A stretch of DNA of 64,000 bases. Source: Azolla caroliniana. Taxonomy: Eukaryota > Plantae > Polypodiophyta. The notes beneath the pieces are model-generated. The model was not told where the DNA came from and made no database searches. It saw only the letters and a list, made by a program, of their open reading frames with translations. Position 1 is the first letter of the stretch, and each line of letters begins with the position of its first letter. Shown piece by piece: positions 62,301 through 64,000 of the stretch. Location: contig JBHGNT010000013.1 of assembly GCA_043228905.1 (NCBI GenBank), forward strand, positions 5,766,001 through 5,830,000, written 5' to 3'. A program made the position numbers and the translations under genes.

Positions 62301-63548
62301 CTCCGGTGCGTACTAGGATGCGGACTCGTCGAAGACTACATCTCGACTCACACGAACCTTGCAAGTCGGGGGGTTATAGCATTTGTAGCCCTTTTGCTCC
62401 AGTGAGTATCCTATGAGGATACATTTCTCTGACTTTAGGCTGAGCTTTTGTTGCTTTTTGTCGAGGATGTGCACTTATGCAATGGAGCCGAATATCGAAA
62501 CATGTGATAGATCCGGCTTCTTCCCGAAAAACTTCTCGTGCAAAGTAAGTTTGTGCAGACCCGATGTCGTACGCCGATTCATGAGATAGATGGCTGTGTT
62601 AGCCACTTCCGCCCAATACGATTTCGGCATGTTCTTTTTGTTAAGCATAGCTCGTGCCACTTTGACGATGTGCCGATTCTTGCGTTTGGCTAATCGGTTC
62701 TGTTATGGCGTATGTCAACACGAAAACTCTCCCCGCATCCCTTCTTTTCGAAGATACGCCATAAACTCATTCGAGAAATATTGCTTGCCTCCATCCGATC
62801 GAAGGCACCGTACGTGTGGACCCGTGGCTTTTCCGACTCCACTCTCGAATTTTTGGAAGTGTCTGAACACTTCGCTCTTCTGCCGCATTGGGTAGATCCA
62901 AGTGTGCCTTGAGAAGTCTTCAATGAAGGTTACATAATATCGGCATCCGCCAAATGTCTCCGTTTGAGCCGGTCCCCATACATCGGAATGAATTATGTTG
63001 AGTACGTCTTTGCTCATGTTCCTCTCCTTCGGAAATGAGTGCCGATGTTGCTTACCAAATTGGCACACCGCACATACGCCTTCAATCTCTCGCTCTTTGA
63101 AGGTCGGGAGTCCGATGATGACTCCTTTCAATTGCGTCACCTTGAGCTTTTGAATGTTGATATGGCCAATTCGCTTGTGCCATAACTCTATATTGGACTC
63201 GGCTTTCATACCTTTTGAGAACATGGCCAATTTCATCTCGTGTGAGTCGAGAATGAACATTGAGCCCTCTCTTCATCCACGTGCGATAAGTCGACCTTCT
63301 TTCTCAATAAAGCAACCACCTTGACTAAATTGAACTTGCATTCCTTGCTCTACAATTTGGCCGACAGAGACCAAATTCTTCGTAATGGTAGGGACATGCA
63401 AAACATTTTTAATGCAGGTTTGCTTCCCTTTTTCTTCGAATGAGACATTGTTGATGTGTCGAATGGGATGCATAGCGTCGTTTCCGGTTTCGACATAGTT
63501 GGGTCGCTCCGGCTCTCAAAGTTCTTGGAACCATTCTTGATAAGACGT

Positions 63549-64000
63549 TGTCGTGAAGATTTTCGTCCACGAGCGGAAACCCGAGCAACGAGAGCCAAAG
63601 AGCGACGTGCAACGTTGCACGCGTACATAATGTATTTGTAATAATAATAGGGGAAAAGGGTATGGTGCTAGAAATGCCCCATAAGATCCCTAAGGTATAA
63701 AGGCGATGTGGTCTTGTGCGCACATCCACGCGAGAGAGAGAGAGAGGTACTATGCGGTACATAGGTCCCTAGTTGTTTGTGAGGAGGTGGGAGTAAAGGG
63801 GCCATCAATCTCACCCTCCCCAAATCAAGGCAAATACCCCCTTTGAATGAAAGGGGATATTTTAGTCTCGTTTTTGTAAACGGTCTTCCCTCCTTGTGCT
63901 ATAAAAGGAGAGGGAAGGCACCATTGTGAGGGTTGCCTATTTTGAGTGTGCGAGGTTTACCACAGAGGTCGAGCGTTAGGGTTAGGGTTAGGGTTTCTTG
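63549..64000 (+). mobile_element. Start of another Phygy-type Gypsy LTR inserted in the protease of G
   Basis: Begins TGTCGTGAAGATTTTC, TATAAAA at about 63900, left flank ACGT. Runs off the window. Confidence 0.8.

Larger units (their letters stand above)
26565..63548 (-). mobile_element. Copia G, the outermost host, split by A, F and the LTR at 63549
   Basis: 3' LTR 26565-27007, PPT 27010-27019, RNase H/RT 27170-28032, RT pieces 50129-50307 and 61405-61900, integrase/protease 62300-63548. Reading frames rejoin across the insertions (LLSG|KF and AWHSK|ITQ). Confidence 0.88.

Overview
Eukaryotic plant DNA, probably a moss such as Physcomitrium (inferred from the element types). About 85% of the window is LTR retrotransposons nested up to four deep. 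There is one apparently intact host gene: a two-exon, minus-strand Bet v 1/PR-10-like gene (exons 23674-23491 and 20276-19993, 155 aa). Its 3.2-kb intron holds a hAT relic and a foldback. From 26.5 kb to the end, one Copia (G) is split by three insertions. The first is a Phygy/RLG1-like Gypsy (A, 28033-50128), which contains Gypsy B (33684-44158, itself containing near-intact Gypsy C, 34329-41478) and a Tcn1-like Gypsy D (45839-49004). The second is Copia F (50308-61404), which contains Copia E (53727-59363). The third is a Gypsy LTR starting at 63549. Main patterns read from the sequence: (1) every scorable Phygy-type insertion has a 4-bp target site centred on CpG; (2) four LTR types, from two Gypsy lineages, carry an antisense tRNA-like A-box/B-box with the same 32-nt spacing; (3) a covarying -1 frameshift pseudoknot lies after the protease; (4) element D has a Tf1-type self-priming PBS and a GUUAAAC frameshift signal; (5) element C appears older than its host B. 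All alignments and folds were done by eye, and family names are recalled rather than searched.
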